Assembly: GCA_021846665.1 (NCBI GenBank) | Contig: JAJZWM010000001.1 | Location: forward strand, 13,598-77,597 | Origin: Nanobdellota archaeon | GTDB lineage: Archaea; Nanobdellota; Nanobdellia; Parvarchaeales; Parvarchaeaceae | Direction of reading: 5' to 3' | DNA: 64,000 nucleotides | Shown: piece by piece, positions 19,402 through 28,897 of the stretch | Numbering within the stretch: position 1 is the first letter of the stretch | Layout: each line of letters begins with the position of its first letter | The notes under the pieces: model-generated | Seen by the model: only the letters and a program-made list of their open reading frames with translations | Database searches by the model: none | Told to the model about the DNA's origin: nothing | Position numbers and translations under genes: made by a program

Positions 19402-19992
19402 ATGGATTACTATAAAAAAGGAGAAGAAAGATTCGGTTTTATTTCATCTAGGATTTATTCTATCGGTTCTTCAAAAGCAATGAAGGGATTCTATTCTTTT
19501 GTAGCAAAGGACATAAAAAGATACAGGCCAAAAAGAATACTTGATGTAGGAGCTGGACCTGGAGATCTTGCTATTATTCTAAGTAAAATGAAAGACGTAG
19601 AGATATACTGCGTTGACCCTTCCTATTCGATGAAAAGAATAGCTAAAAAGAAATTTACAAGAGATAGAATAAAAAACGTAAGATATGAGCTTGGAAGTAG
19701 TCGTAATATTCCGTTTAATGAAAAATTTGATGTAATAGTTACAACAATATCTTTTCATCACTGGAAAGAAAAAGAGAAGAGCATAAATTATCTGCTAAAA
19801 AAACTGAATAAAAAAGGCATTTTTATAATATATGAATTCTGCTACGACAAGCTAAATTCTATACAAAAAATTTCAATAGGAAAGCACAGCCTTTCTATTA
19901 AGGAAGCCGAAAGCTATAGATTCAAAGGATACAAGAAAAGCAAAGAGATAATAAATAAAATTATAAAATTATCATTTGCAAAGCAGTCTTAA
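19402..19992 (+). CDS. Class I SAM-dependent methyltransferase
   Basis: 196 aa. Motif I ILDVGAGPGDLA. Acidic residue at the end of beta-2 (EIYCVDPS). Flanked by tRNA-Ala and tRNA-Ile. Confidence 0.65.
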   Translation: MDYYKKGEERFGFISSRIYSIGSSKAMKGFYSFVAKDIKRYRPKRILDVGAGPGDLAIILSKMKDVEIYCVDPSYSMKRIAKKKFTRDRIKNVRYELGSSRNIPFNEKFDVIVTTISFHHWKEKEKSINYLLKKLNKKGIFIIYEFCYDKLNSIQKISIGKHSLSIKEAESYRFKGYKKSKEIINKIIKLSFAKQS

Positions 19993-20017
19993 ACATATAA
20001 ATAATAAAGTGATAAAT

Positions 20018-20091
20018 TATAGTTTAAGGTCTGGTAGCTTAGCCCGGTGGAGCGTTCGACTGATAATCGAAAGGTCGGGAGTCCAAATCTC
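20018..20091 (+). tRNA. tRNA-Ile (anticodon GAT)
   Basis: Acceptor GGTCTGG/CCAGACC. D arm AGCTTAGCCCGGTGGAGCG. Anticodon stem TTCGA/TCGAA with loop CTGATAA. T arm GGGAG-TCCAAAT-CTCCC. Discriminator A. Confidence 0.85.
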
Positions 20092-20223
20092 CCCCAGACC
20101 ACTTTTTAAGTACAATAGTCTAAATTACAACTACAAAATAATGCTAGTTATTGGCTTTTTACAAATTTTTGAACTAAAACTGAATAAAAATAAGTTTAAA
20201 TCAGTTGAAAAATTAATATTGAA

Positions 20224-21441
20224 ATGAATTTCATAGCGATAGAAAAAAACACTGCAAAAAACATTGAAAAACAGGCTATAGAGATAGTAGAAAGAAAAGG
20301 GCTTGGTCATCCAGATTACTTAGCAGATTCGATAGCAGAGAAATTCTCAGTAAATCTTTCTAAGTATTACATTGAGCATTTTGGTAGGATATTACACCAT
20401 AACGTTGACAAATTAGAAGTAATAGGCGGTGAGACCCAGCCTGCGTTCAACGGAGGAAAAATAATAAAACCGATAACAATCCTTTTTTCCGGACGAGCAA
20501 CAGGTGTTGTAAACAATGAAAAAGTTCCATTAAAAGAACTTGCCGAAAAATCTGCAAAAGACTGGATAAAACAAAACATAAGATTTTTGGATCCGGAACA
20601 GTTAAGATATTTATTTGAAACAGACAATGGTTCTATTAATCTAACAGATGCCTTTAAAAGGAACGGAAAACCTGGTTCGAATGATACTTCATTTGCGGTT
20701 GGTTATTTCCCATATAGTGTACTAGAAAGCTTAGTATTGAAAACAGAGAACTATTTGAATTCAACTGAATTCAAATCAAAATTTCAGTTTTCTGGCGAAG
20801 ATATAAAGATAATGGGAGTAAGACTAAAAAACAAGATAAAAATAACTATAGCTATGGCAATGGTAGACCGTTTTATCTCATCAGAAGAGGATTATTTCAA
20901 GAAGAAAAATGAAGTTACCGAAGCAGCATTATCATACATTAAACAGTTGAATGAAAGATTAGAAAATGAAAACATTATAAATCAAAAAAGAAAGATAGAA
21001 CTTGCAGTAAATGGTATGGATAAAAAAGGTAGAGGCATAAACGGCTGTTACCTTACTGTTACAGGATTAAGCGCTGAAAGCGGAGATGACGGCGCTGTAG
21101 GCAGAGGAAATCGTGTAAATGGCCTGATAACCCCTAATAGAACCATGACATTAGAAGCTGCAGCTGGTAAGAACCCTGTGAACCATATAGGAAAAATATA
21201 CAGTATTTTTTCATTTGATATTGCTAAAAAAATATATGATAGATTTGGATTAAAAAGTCAGATAAAGATGGTTGGAAGAATAGGCAACGACTTAAGCAAA
21301 CCTCTAGCATTTTCCCTGATATTAGAAGAAAAAATTGATAAAGACAAGAAAAAAGAAATAATCAATTTTATAAACGAAGAACTGTCAGGTATAAATGAAA
21401 TTACAAACAAAATAGTAGAAGAGAAGTTTAGCGTTTGTTGA
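20224..21441 (+). CDS. mat: Archaeal-type S-adenosylmethionine synthetase (methionine adenosyltransferase)
   Basis: 405 aa. N-terminal [17 protein letters not shown] (GHPD motif of archaeal MAT). ~400 aa length typical of the archaeal family. Confidence 0.8.
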   Translation: MNFIAIEKNTAKNIEKQAIEIVERKGLGHPDYLADSIAEKFSVNLSKYYIEHFGRILHHNVDKLEVIGGETQPAFNGGKIIKPITILFSGRATGVVNNEKVPLKELAEKSAKDWIKQNIRFLDPEQLRYLFETDNGSINLTDAFKRNGKPGSNDTSFAVGYFPYSVLESLVLKTENYLNSTEFKSKFQFSGEDIKIMGVRLKNKIKITIAMAMVDRFISSEEDYFKKKNEVTEAALSYIKQLNERLENENIINQKRKIELAVNGMDKKGRGINGCYLTVTGLSAESGDDGAVGRGNRVNGLITPNRTMTLEAAAGKNPVNHIGKIYSIFSFDIAKKIYDRFGLKSQIKMVGRIGNDLSKPLAFSLILEEKIDKDKKKEIINFINEELSGINEITNKIVEEKFSVC

Positions 21442-22529
21442 TTTTTATGGATGAATTTGAGATACTTAACCTTATAAACTACTTAGAGGGTATAAAAGGA
21501 AGACACACAGAGCTAGTAACTGTTTACGTACCTGGAGGTTTCAACTTAGATTTAATACGTTCACAATTGGCAGATGAAAAAAGCACTGCAACAAATATAA
21601 AGGACAGAAATAACAGAAAAAACGTAATAGATGCACTAGAAAAGATAATGAATGAACTTAAGCTTATAAAGAGTACTCCTGAGAATGGTCTAGTAATATT
21701 CTGCGGCAATACATCTGAAAGAGAGGGTGAACCTGACATAAAGATTTGGGATATAATCCCTCCTGTTAAATCGGACATAAGGCTTTACCGCTGCGACCAA
21801 AGATTTATAACAGAACCTTTAAAACAGATGTACCACCAGGAAAATGCATATGCCTTAATAGTTCTTGACTTAAGAGAAGCTACGTTTGGTACACTTGAAG
21901 GATCAAGAATAGATGTTCTAAAGCACATTAAATCTCTGGTTCCTGGAAAATTCTCAAAGGGAGGCCAGTCAGCAATGCGTTTCTCAAGAGAAAGAGAAGG
22001 ATTAATAAGAGACTTCTATAAGGAGATAGCTGATACTGCAAAAGACTTATTCTTTAACAAAGATCTTAAGGGGATAATAATAGGTGGACCCGGGCCTGCC
22101 AAAGATAATTTTATCGAAAGCGGCTATCTTATAACAAACCTTAAAAACTTGATAAAAGGGGTAAGAAGCATAAGCTATACAGATGAGAGTGGACTGCGTG
22201 AATTAGTTGAAAAAAGCAAGGATATACTTGCAAATGAAAGGATAACCATAGAAAAAGAGTATGTTCAGAAATTATTAAGTAGTATAGCAAGAAATGATAA
22301 CCTTTCAACTTATGGGGAAGAAGCAGTAAGGAAAGAGCTTGAAAGTGATAACGTTGATACTCTTTTAATTTCTACAGGAATAGAAGAAAACAAAAGAAAT
22401 GAATTTTATTATCTTGGGAAAGGAAAGAATATTAATGTTGAGCTTATATCAAAAGATTCAAGTGACGGACAGCAGCTTTTTAACTTAGGAGGAGTAGCTG
22501 CATTTCTTAAACGACCATCAAGACAGTGA
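21435..22529 (+). CDS. prf1: Peptide chain release factor aRF1 (eRF1 family)
   Basis: 364 aa. GGQ motif (KFSKGGQSAMRFSR). Domain 1 has NIKD where NIKS is expected (TATNIKDRNNRK). eRF1-like three-domain length. Confidence 0.75.
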   Translation: MLIFMDEFEILNLINYLEGIKGRHTELVTVYVPGGFNLDLIRSQLADEKSTATNIKDRNNRKNVIDALEKIMNELKLIKSTPENGLVIFCGNTSEREGEPDIKIWDIIPPVKSDIRLYRCDQRFITEPLKQMYHQENAYALIVLDLREATFGTLEGSRIDVLKHIKSLVPGKFSKGGQSAMRFSREREGLIRDFYKEIADTAKDLFFNKDLKGIIIGGPGPAKDNFIESGYLITNLKNLIKGVRSISYTDESGLRELVEKSKDILANERITIEKEYVQKLLSSIARNDNLSTYGEEAVRKELESDNVDTLLISTGIEENKRNEFYYLGKGKNINVELISKDSSDGQQLFNLGGVAAFLKRPSRQ

Positions 22530-22569
22530 TACACAAAAGGATTAAATATGTTTAGCTCCAGAAAAACTT

Positions 22570-23142
22570 ATGGATCTAACAATAAATGATAGCAAAAGCA
22601 TAAAAAGAATTATAAATGAAACGCTTTCAAAATATCTTGAACCAGAAGATAAAGAAAGAGTATATAATTATCTTTTAATGAAAAATGAAAGAACAGGTAA
22701 CCTAATACACGCATTAAATGATATTTTAATAAAAAGTGATTATTCCAGAAAAATAAAGGATATAGTAGAAAGAATAAATGATGAACTTTCATCAAAACTT
22801 ACAGTAGAAATGAACGCAAAGGATATACACTTAAAGGAAAATGAAAGTTTTATTTTAACAGTAAAAATAAAAAACAACTTTGATATCCCATTAGTTTTTG
22901 AAATAAAACTTGAGGATAGGGATAATTTCCTTCCTATAATATATGATAGAATACAGGATTCTTATTTCAATGAATTTTCTGAAGAAAGAATAATAGACAG
23001 TGATGAAACTAAAGAAATAAAATTTAAGATAGGAAGCAATGAAAAGGCAAAAATAGGATCTACCCTTCTTTTCTTAGTCATAAAATCAAAAGAGATAGAA
23101 GGTTTAAACCTTATATCAAGGATAAAGGTAGAAATCGCTTAA
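22570..23142 (+). CDS. Hypothetical protein
   Basis: 190-aa ORF, Lys/Glu/Ile-rich. No recognisable motif. Plausible by position and codon usage only. Confidence 0.35.
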   Translation: MDLTINDSKSIKRIINETLSKYLEPEDKERVYNYLLMKNERTGNLIHALNDILIKSDYSRKIKDIVERINDELSSKLTVEMNAKDIHLKENESFILTVKIKNNFDIPLVFEIKLEDRDNFLPIIYDRIQDSYFNEFSEERIIDSDETKEIKFKIGSNEKAKIGSTLLFLVIKSKEIEGLNLISRIKVEIA

Positions 23143-23256
23143 GCCTTTTGATTTATTATTCTATAAAGTGTTGTCTTAAATTTATTCTCATCTTTTCTAT
23201 CTTTTCTCGTGCTTTTTCTTTTCAAAGCCAGCTTTTTCCTTAAAAGATTTGCCATA

Positions 23257-23790
23257 TCACATCCTCACCCAATTAACCTCATAGTAGGTAACTGAACCTT
23301 CATCGTCAACTACCCCCATAAGGAGTCTTTTTCTTACACTGTGAGCTACCCTATTCATTGCCGAAAAATTCAGCATTGTCAGGCTCTCATGCTCATCAGA
23401 GCAGTACAGTATCCATTCCGCATGTTCTTTGCCCGGAATAGAACCTTTATTATACACTCTAAAATCGCCACCGTATTTAAATGCTGTCTTTGGTAGATAA
23501 CCCATGTTTCTAAGGTCTGTAAAAACTAAATATCTTATCCAGAACCTTTTTTGTTTCTTTTTTGCCATTTCTAGCAATTCGTGAAACTTCAATTCTTTTC
23601 CTTTCTTGTCGTATATTTTAAGCTCTTTTCTTTCATTCAAATAAACTGCTTCTTCTATTGATAATTCTAGTTTTCCATTTACAAAAGCTCCAAAATTACC
23701 TTTATTAGAAAAAGTAGAAGCTAAAGCCTGATCATTTATTATAACTTTGCTACCCACAAAAATAGTCTCTTTTTCTTTGGTTTTTTTCAT
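23257..23790 (-). CDS. endA: tRNA-splicing endonuclease
   Basis: 177 aa, homotetramer-type size. C-terminal catalytic domain motifs YLPKTAFKYGGDFRVY, HAEWILYC, NRVAHSVRKRLLMGVV. Confidence 0.75.
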   Translation of the reverse strand: MKKTKEKETIFVGSKVIINDQALASTFSNKGNFGAFVNGKLELSIEEAVYLNERKELKIYDKKGKELKFHELLEMAKKKQKRFWIRYLVFTDLRNMGYLPKTAFKYGGDFRVYNKGSIPGKEHAEWILYCSDEHESLTMLNFSAMNRVAHSVRKRLLMGVVDDEGSVTYYEVNWVRM

Positions 23791-23851
23791 ATGTATTATA
23801 AATAATAGCAGTATATTTATTTATATAAACAGAAACATTTAGCTGATAAAC

Positions 23852-24577
23852 ATGGAAATAAAAGAAGGAGATATATACATTTGCAAAGTAAGAAAACTAC
23901 TACAACATGGTATAATTGTAACAATAGGAAATGAAGAAAAGGAAGGATTTATTCACATATCAGAGCTAAGCAAGAGATGGGTAAGAGACGTTAAAGATAT
24001 TGCTAAGGAAGGAGATGTATTAGTCTGCAAAGTAATTACATTAGGTCAGTCTCCCGAGCTTTCTATAAAGAGAGTAACAGATAGTGAAAAGAGAGAAGCT
24101 TTAAGAGAATGGTCGATAGAGAACAGACTTATAAAATTAATTGAAAAATTCTACAAGAAAGATGATGATAAACTAAAGGAGCAGATTATCAAAAAATATG
24201 GTTCTATTTTCAATTTCTATGAAATGCTTTCAAAAAATGGAAAAGATGAACTAGAAAACTTAAAACTAAATAAAGAGGTTATCAATGAACTACTTGATTT
24301 CGTGAAAAAAACCAAAAAGAAAGTAATCATAAAAAACCAGCTTGAACTGAAAACATACGAAGAAAATGGCGTGGAGAAGATAAAAGAAGTATTAAACGAG
24401 TGTGCAAAAAATAAAGGTGTTTCCATAAAGTACATAAAAGCACCAGTTTATATGATGACAATAGATTTAGACGATACTAAAAAGACATTAAATGAGAATA
24501 AAAAGCTCCTTGAACTTATTAGTAAAAAAAGCAAGGCATCAAACATTGATTTCAAATACACAGAAATAAGGCAGTAA
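23852..24577 (+). CDS. eif2a: Translation initiation factor 2 alpha subunit (aIF2-alpha)
   Basis: 241 aa. N-terminal S1 domain (GDIYICKVRKLLQHGIIVTI...EGFIHISELSKRWVRDVKDIAKEGDVLVCKVI...LSIKRV) followed by a helical domain. Followed by Nop10 as in many archaea. Confidence 0.8.
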   Translation: MEIKEGDIYICKVRKLLQHGIIVTIGNEEKEGFIHISELSKRWVRDVKDIAKEGDVLVCKVITLGQSPELSIKRVTDSEKREALREWSIENRLIKLIEKFYKKDDDKLKEQIIKKYGSIFNFYEMLSKNGKDELENLKLNKEVINELLDFVKKTKKKVIIKNQLELKTYEENGVEKIKEVLNECAKNKGVSIKYIKAPVYMMTIDLDDTKKTLNENKKLLELISKKSKASNIDFKYTEIRQ

Positions 24578-24578
24578 T

Positions 24579-24746
24579 TATGGAAAGGATAAGATTCTGT
24601 ATCAATTGCAATAGATATACTCTTAAGAAAATCTGCCCAGTATGTGGTAATCAAACTGAAATAAATGCGCCACAGAAATACTCAAAAGATGAGACTGTTG
24701 CTTATTATAGAAGAAGAATAAAAAAGGAGTCATTAAATATACATGA
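24579..24746 (+). CDS. nop10: H/ACA ribonucleoprotein component Nop10 (not in the ORF track, <60 aa)
   Basis: 55 aa MERIRFCINCNRYTLKKICPVCGNQTEINAPQKYSKDETVAYYRRRIKK.., matching the Nop10 zinc-ribbon C-x2-C...C-P-x-C-G pattern. ATGA overlap with the next gene. Conserved aIF2alpha-Nop10 pairing. Confidence 0.7.
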
Positions 24747-25903
24747 AAGTAACTAATGTAAAATCTGTATATTACGAGATAGTAAAACACAAAAATGAAA
24801 TTAAAAAGGTAGTAGATTACGTTAAAAAAGGAGATATCAACGGATTTACTCCACCATCTGCACTTGTCGGAGAATATAATTATCCTAATATATCTGTTGG
24901 AGTAATATTCACTAACGACAATGAAGCACAGATATACGATGCACCTAAATTATGGTCCGCTAATAACTTTAAAGTAGAGGATGTTTTTTCACTTAGAACA
25001 AAACTTATAAACGCGTCTAAAAATTTCAATGTAAATAATACCAATTTAGAGGAACTTGAAAGAATAAGGCTTGCAGTAATATCCTCAAATGAACTAAATG
25101 TTGATCTAAAAGTATCCAGTGTAAATCTACCAAAAATAGATAACAATGACTTTTATCAGCACGGAGTAAAAACCAAACTAGAAAAGTTCAAAATAAATGA
25201 CAATTTCAAGATAGACAAAAGAATAGAAAAAATTTATTATGATAAGGATATGAAAGCGCAGGACGGAATAAAATTTCTGTACAATTCTGAAATAGACGAA
25301 AATAAAATAAGCAAAATATTAAGTGTCGGAGCAATGGGTGTAAAAAGAAAACTTGTTCCAACAAAATGGTCTATAACCGCAGTAGATGATTCGCTAGGAA
25401 AAGAAGAAATCGAAAAAATTAAAGAATTTAAGAAAGGAGAGGATTATCGTATACAGACTGGACAATTCCTTGGAAACCACTTCACATTTTTGTTTTTAAA
25501 AGGGCCTTGGTCATTTGAACTTATTGAAACATGGAATAGAGATTCTAACAATGTTTTTATGGGTAACGGAGACTATGAGTTTTATAATGGAAGAAAAGAA
25601 TATGTAAAGAACACTGCTGGAGCATACTACGCAATAAGACTTGCAGTTCTCGAAAAGCTTATGCAATTAAAAGAACAGTATTCTGTACTAGTTGTAAGAG
25701 AGATACTACCAGAGTACTTTGTTCCTTTAGGAGTTTGGGTAGTGAGAGAAGGCGCTAGAAAAGTGCTAGAAAATGAAAGTCTCTCTGTTTCAGATATGCA
25801 AACAGCTTTAGAAATTACTAAATCTAAAATTTTATTTCCAGCAAACTTGGAAAAAAGAAGCAAATTAATAACCATGCTTAAAACGCAAACTACTCTAATT
25901 TAA
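24743..25903 (+). CDS. Conserved hypothetical protein (function unknown), co-transcribed with aIF2-alpha and Nop10
   Basis: 386 aa ORF. Start overlaps the Nop10 stop (ATGA). No motif I can assign with confidence. Confidence 0.45.
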   Translation: MKVTNVKSVYYEIVKHKNEIKKVVDYVKKGDINGFTPPSALVGEYNYPNISVGVIFTNDNEAQIYDAPKLWSANNFKVEDVFSLRTKLINASKNFNVNNTNLEELERIRLAVISSNELNVDLKVSSVNLPKIDNNDFYQHGVKTKLEKFKINDNFKIDKRIEKIYYDKDMKAQDGIKFLYNSEIDENKISKILSVGAMGVKRKLVPTKWSITAVDDSLGKEEIEKIKEFKKGEDYRIQTGQFLGNHFTFLFLKGPWSFELIETWNRDSNNVFMGNGDYEFYNGRKEYVKNTAGAYYAIRLAVLEKLMQLKEQYSVLVVREILPEYFVPLGVWVVREGARKVLENESLSVSDMQTALEITKSKILFPANLEKRSKLITMLKTQTTLI

Positions 25904-26619
25904 GCTATTAGCTTAAAATGAACGAGTATCCTGTTAAGTGTTATCGATGTTATAAAAGTTATTATAAGGTAAGCCCAATACCAGTTAAGTTCGTTTCCTA
26001 TTAATGGCAAGCTAAATGGAAGCTTAGTAATTATAAATGTATTAGGTGTAAATTCCACCTTTGATGAATTAAGAGCTATTGTCTGTACTTTTGATTTACC
26101 AACTAATGAAAAGGATTTGTTGTATACTTTTCCGTTTGTTGAAAGAAAAAGAGTACACGGGCCAGTTTTTGTTACATTTGCGGTCATCTTAAGTGCCGTG
26201 TCATTCGAGAATATTGAAACATTACTATGGCCATTAAATGTTACGCAGTTATTTGTGGAAAAAAGTGTTCCGTTTATATTTCCAGAGAATACTGCTGTTA
26301 TCGGTGAGCCAATAGCTACTGGAGCATAACTAAAATATGAAGACATTAAAAGGAAAATTACCAGAAATGGAACAAAAGTTATAAAAGTTGGTTTCATTGA
26401 CTGCTTCATTATTTTCGAATTTTCAGCCATTAATTCACTGTAAGTTGGCTTGAATTCTGGATGATCAGGCTTCATTCCCTTCATTTTAACCTGCAATTCC
26501 TTTATTTTTGCTTTGCTAGTTCTAACCATCTCATGATCTACTATAAGAAGATAAGCTATCTGACCAGAGGCCCCTACAGCTATCGAAATTAATATTACAG
26601 CAATAACTCCTATATTCAT
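25900..26619 (-). CDS. YidC/Oxa1/EMC3-like membrane protein insertase (archaeal DUF106 family) with an enlarged glycosylated loop
   Basis: 239 aa. TM1 (NIGVIAVILISIAVGA). Amphipathic/coiled segment (KAKIKELQVKMKGMKPDHPEFKPTYSELMAENSKIMKQSMKP), then TM2 and TM3. ~110-aa Asn-rich insertion between TM2 and TM3. Sits immediately after secY, as DUF106 genes do in Euryarchaeota. Confidence 0.55.
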   Translation of the reverse strand: MNIGVIAVILISIAVGASGQIAYLLIVDHEMVRTSKAKIKELQVKMKGMKPDHPEFKPTYSELMAENSKIMKQSMKPTFITFVPFLVIFLLMSSYFSYAPVAIGSPITAVFSGNINGTLFSTNNCVTFNGHSNVSIFSNDTALKMTANVTKTGPCTLFLSTNGKVYNKSFSLVGKSKVQTIALNSSKVEFTPNTFIITKLPFSLPLIGNELNWYWAYLIITFITSITLNRILVHFKLIA

Positions 26620-26658
26620 ATCTTTTAACTTATTTTCTTATAGTAAATAAACTTATCC

Positions 26659-28068
26659 CTATTCTACTGTATTGCCGACTAGCTTGTCTTTTATAGGTTT
26701 GAATTCATCCCCATTGTCCTGCTGCAGTGAGAAGTAGAACTGGTATATTATCATTACTATAAGAAGTATTCCTATGCCTTCTGTTAATGTATCCAGAAAA
26801 GCTGCAAGAGCTGCGACTAATCCAGTAAGTGCTCCACCTAATATAGCCAAGGGAATTATATACCTCTTGAATATATCCACGAGCACCCTCTCATCTCTTC
26901 TAAAGCCAGGCATAGATAAACCTGATTCCATAAGCTGCTTTACTACAGATCTTGGATCCTGGCCACCCAGATACATCCATACATAAGAGAAGGCGGCAGC
27001 ACCAATAACTAGTATAACTGTGTAAATGATCATAGACTCTATTTCTAGTGCTGTTATTCCAGTAGTTACTGCACTTGTGTAAAGCTGTTGTATTGTCGGT
27101 GGTGAAAGATAAGCCGCTAAACCTCCTGTTGCAACTTCCTGTGTTCCAAATGCTGTTGATTCTGTAGTAAATGTTCCAAGGATATTTATTCCAGCATGAG
27201 ATAATGTCAAACCGAAAAACTGCACACCTGCAACCATTGAAACTATTAATACAATCGGTATTATGCTTGTATAAAACAATGATACTGGCCACCTTATGGA
27301 GTAACCTCTTAATCTTCCAAAAGAAAGAGGAAGCTCAACCTTTATTGATTGAAGCCATATAGCAACTGCAAACAATGCGACTGTGGATATAACTGTTATT
27401 ATTGGAAATACAGCATTCAATGGTATACCAGCAATAAATGCTTCTATTATTGAAGGTATTGCTCCTATGGGGGTTATAAATGGATTAAATGCGGTATTTA
27501 TTAGTTGTAACGATATACCCGCAAGTATGAAAAGACTTATTCCCGAACCTATTCCCCACTTACTTACCACTTCATCCATGAAAAGAAGTATCACACCTGC
27601 TATGAAAAGTTGAATAAACATGACTAATGGAAAGAATATTCCAGGACCTGCCGGTGTAAGTGCTCCGCTAAATACATAAACGCCATTCTCTATAGCTATA
27701 AAAGCAAAGGCGGCAAGCTTCTGTATCCCTTGGAAAGTGACTCTGCCTTCCTTAGTTGCTGTGTCTATATTTATTATCTTTGTTCCTTGAAGCATCTGTA
27801 TTATAATACTAGCACTTACTATTGGCCCTATACCCAAAGAAAGCAATGAACCAAAGTGTGAAGCTATAAGAACCTGAAGTATCTCAAAATTAAGACTGTA
27901 AGATTTGCTTACACCAAATAAAGGTACAAAGGACATTACTATAAAAAGAACAACTATGACAAAGGTCCACTCCATCTTTGTCTTCAGATCCAGTTTCTTT
28001 TCTGGAACTGTTACTGCTGGCAGATTCGAGATGAATTTCTTAACTTTCTCATTCATATACTTCGCCAC
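26659..28068 (-). CDS. secY: Preprotein translocase subunit SecY
   Basis: 469 aa with 10 TM helices. Position after L15 in the spc-like cluster. Characteristic SecY hydrophobicity pattern and conserved segments (GIGPIVSASIIIQ, GGLAAY). Confidence 0.9.
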   Translation of the reverse strand: MAKYMNEKVKKFISNLPAVTVPEKKLDLKTKMEWTFVIVVLFIVMSFVPLFGVSKSYSLNFEILQVLIASHFGSLLSLGIGPIVSASIIIQMLQGTKIINIDTATKEGRVTFQGIQKLAAFAFIAIENGVYVFSGALTPAGPGIFFPLVMFIQLFIAGVILLFMDEVVSKWGIGSGISLFILAGISLQLINTAFNPFITPIGAIPSIIEAFIAGIPLNAVFPIITVISTVALFAVAIWLQSIKVELPLSFGRLRGYSIRWPVSLFYTSIIPIVLIVSMVAGVQFFGLTLSHAGINILGTFTTESTAFGTQEVATGGLAAYLSPPTIQQLYTSAVTTGITALEIESMIIYTVILVIGAAAFSYVWMYLGGQDPRSVVKQLMESGLSMPGFRRDERVLVDIFKRYIIPLAILGGALTGLVAALAAFLDTLTEGIGILLIVMIIYQFYFSLQQDNGDEFKPIKDKLVGNTVE

Positions 28069-28450
28069 CGTTGGCTAATATATCATCCTTAGCCTTTACG
28101 GAGGCCTTTCCATACACAGCCAACTTAAATTTTTCATCCTTAAATTTACCACATATCTTAGAATATCCTAGGTCTCTAAGCCTTATTTCATATCTATCGT
28201 TATCCATCTTTATTTTTTCCTTCTTTTTAAGTGATTCTATTAAGCTACCAACATCTTTTAAATTCAAAGGAACTTTTTTAATACTTGAATAACTATAAGT
28301 GTGGGTATTTGTACGGAAAGAGATCATTTTCTGTTGTCCTCTTTTTCCTCCTCCTGCCTTTCCTACTCCTCCCCTGTTTCCAGCATGTCTAGTTCTTTTG
28401 CCGGATCCTCTTCCAGCAGTTGAACTTCCTCTCAAATGCTTTCTTTTCAT
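28049..28450 (-). CDS. rpl15: Ribosomal protein uL15
   Basis: Gly/Arg-rich N-terminus RGSSTAGRGSGKRTRHAGNRGGVGKAGGGKRG. Operon position. Confidence 0.85.
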   Translation of the reverse strand: MKRKHLRGSSTAGRGSGKRTRHAGNRGGVGKAGGGKRGQQKMISFRTNTHTYSYSSIKKVPLNLKDVGSLIESLKKKEKIKMDNDRYEIRLRDLGYSKICGKFKDEKFKLAVYGKASVKAKDDILANGGEVYE

Positions 28451-28896
28451 ATCATCCTATCCAAAAGTTCATTTATTTTATCTCCTCTATAGCCAAATAC
28501 ACCTTTTAAGGAGAATGGGGTTTTTTTGCCCTTTCTCTCAAAGCCTTTTATAGGCGGATGTAAATTAAATATATTCTTGATACCTAAATCTGCTACTTTT
28601 TTCTCTCCTTTTATAAAAGACTCTGAAAATGAATTTATTTCAGGTTCCTTCATCTCTATTCTTTTCTTATTACTTATCCTTCCTCTCTTAAGTAATAATT
28701 TAGATAATGTCTTAGCATCTATCTCACCATAGGTTACAACGCTATCTATTATATTTAGTATCCCTTTATTTTGAGGGGAATTATCAACTAGTACGCACGA
28801 GTAAAGTTTTTTTAGTCCAAATACCTTTAAGCCGTCCTTTATGGCCTTGTTCTTTCCTATATCTGTTCTTATCTTTATTACTGCAAGTTTTTCCAT
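28447..28896 (-). CDS. rpl30: Ribosomal protein uL30
   Basis: 149 aa. LAVIKIRTDIGKNKAIKDGLKVFGLKKLYSCVLV pattern and operon position. Confidence 0.8.
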   Translation of the reverse strand: MEKLAVIKIRTDIGKNKAIKDGLKVFGLKKLYSCVLVDNSPQNKGILNIIDSVVTYGEIDAKTLSKLLLKRGRISNKKRIEMKEPEINSFSESFIKGEKKVADLGIKNIFNLHPPIKGFERKGKKTPFSLKGVFGYRGDKINELLDRMI

Positions 28897-28897
28897 T

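Noticed and set aside
19238-19483. 81-aa ORF overlapping tRNA-Ala
   Set aside because: Translation through the tRNA-Ala gene (..ATRSPCTGETVGSNPIRST..). No coding support.
26900-27292. 130-aa ORF in alternative frame within secY
   Set aside because: Same-strand off-frame ORF inside SecY. SecY frame has full TM and motif support.
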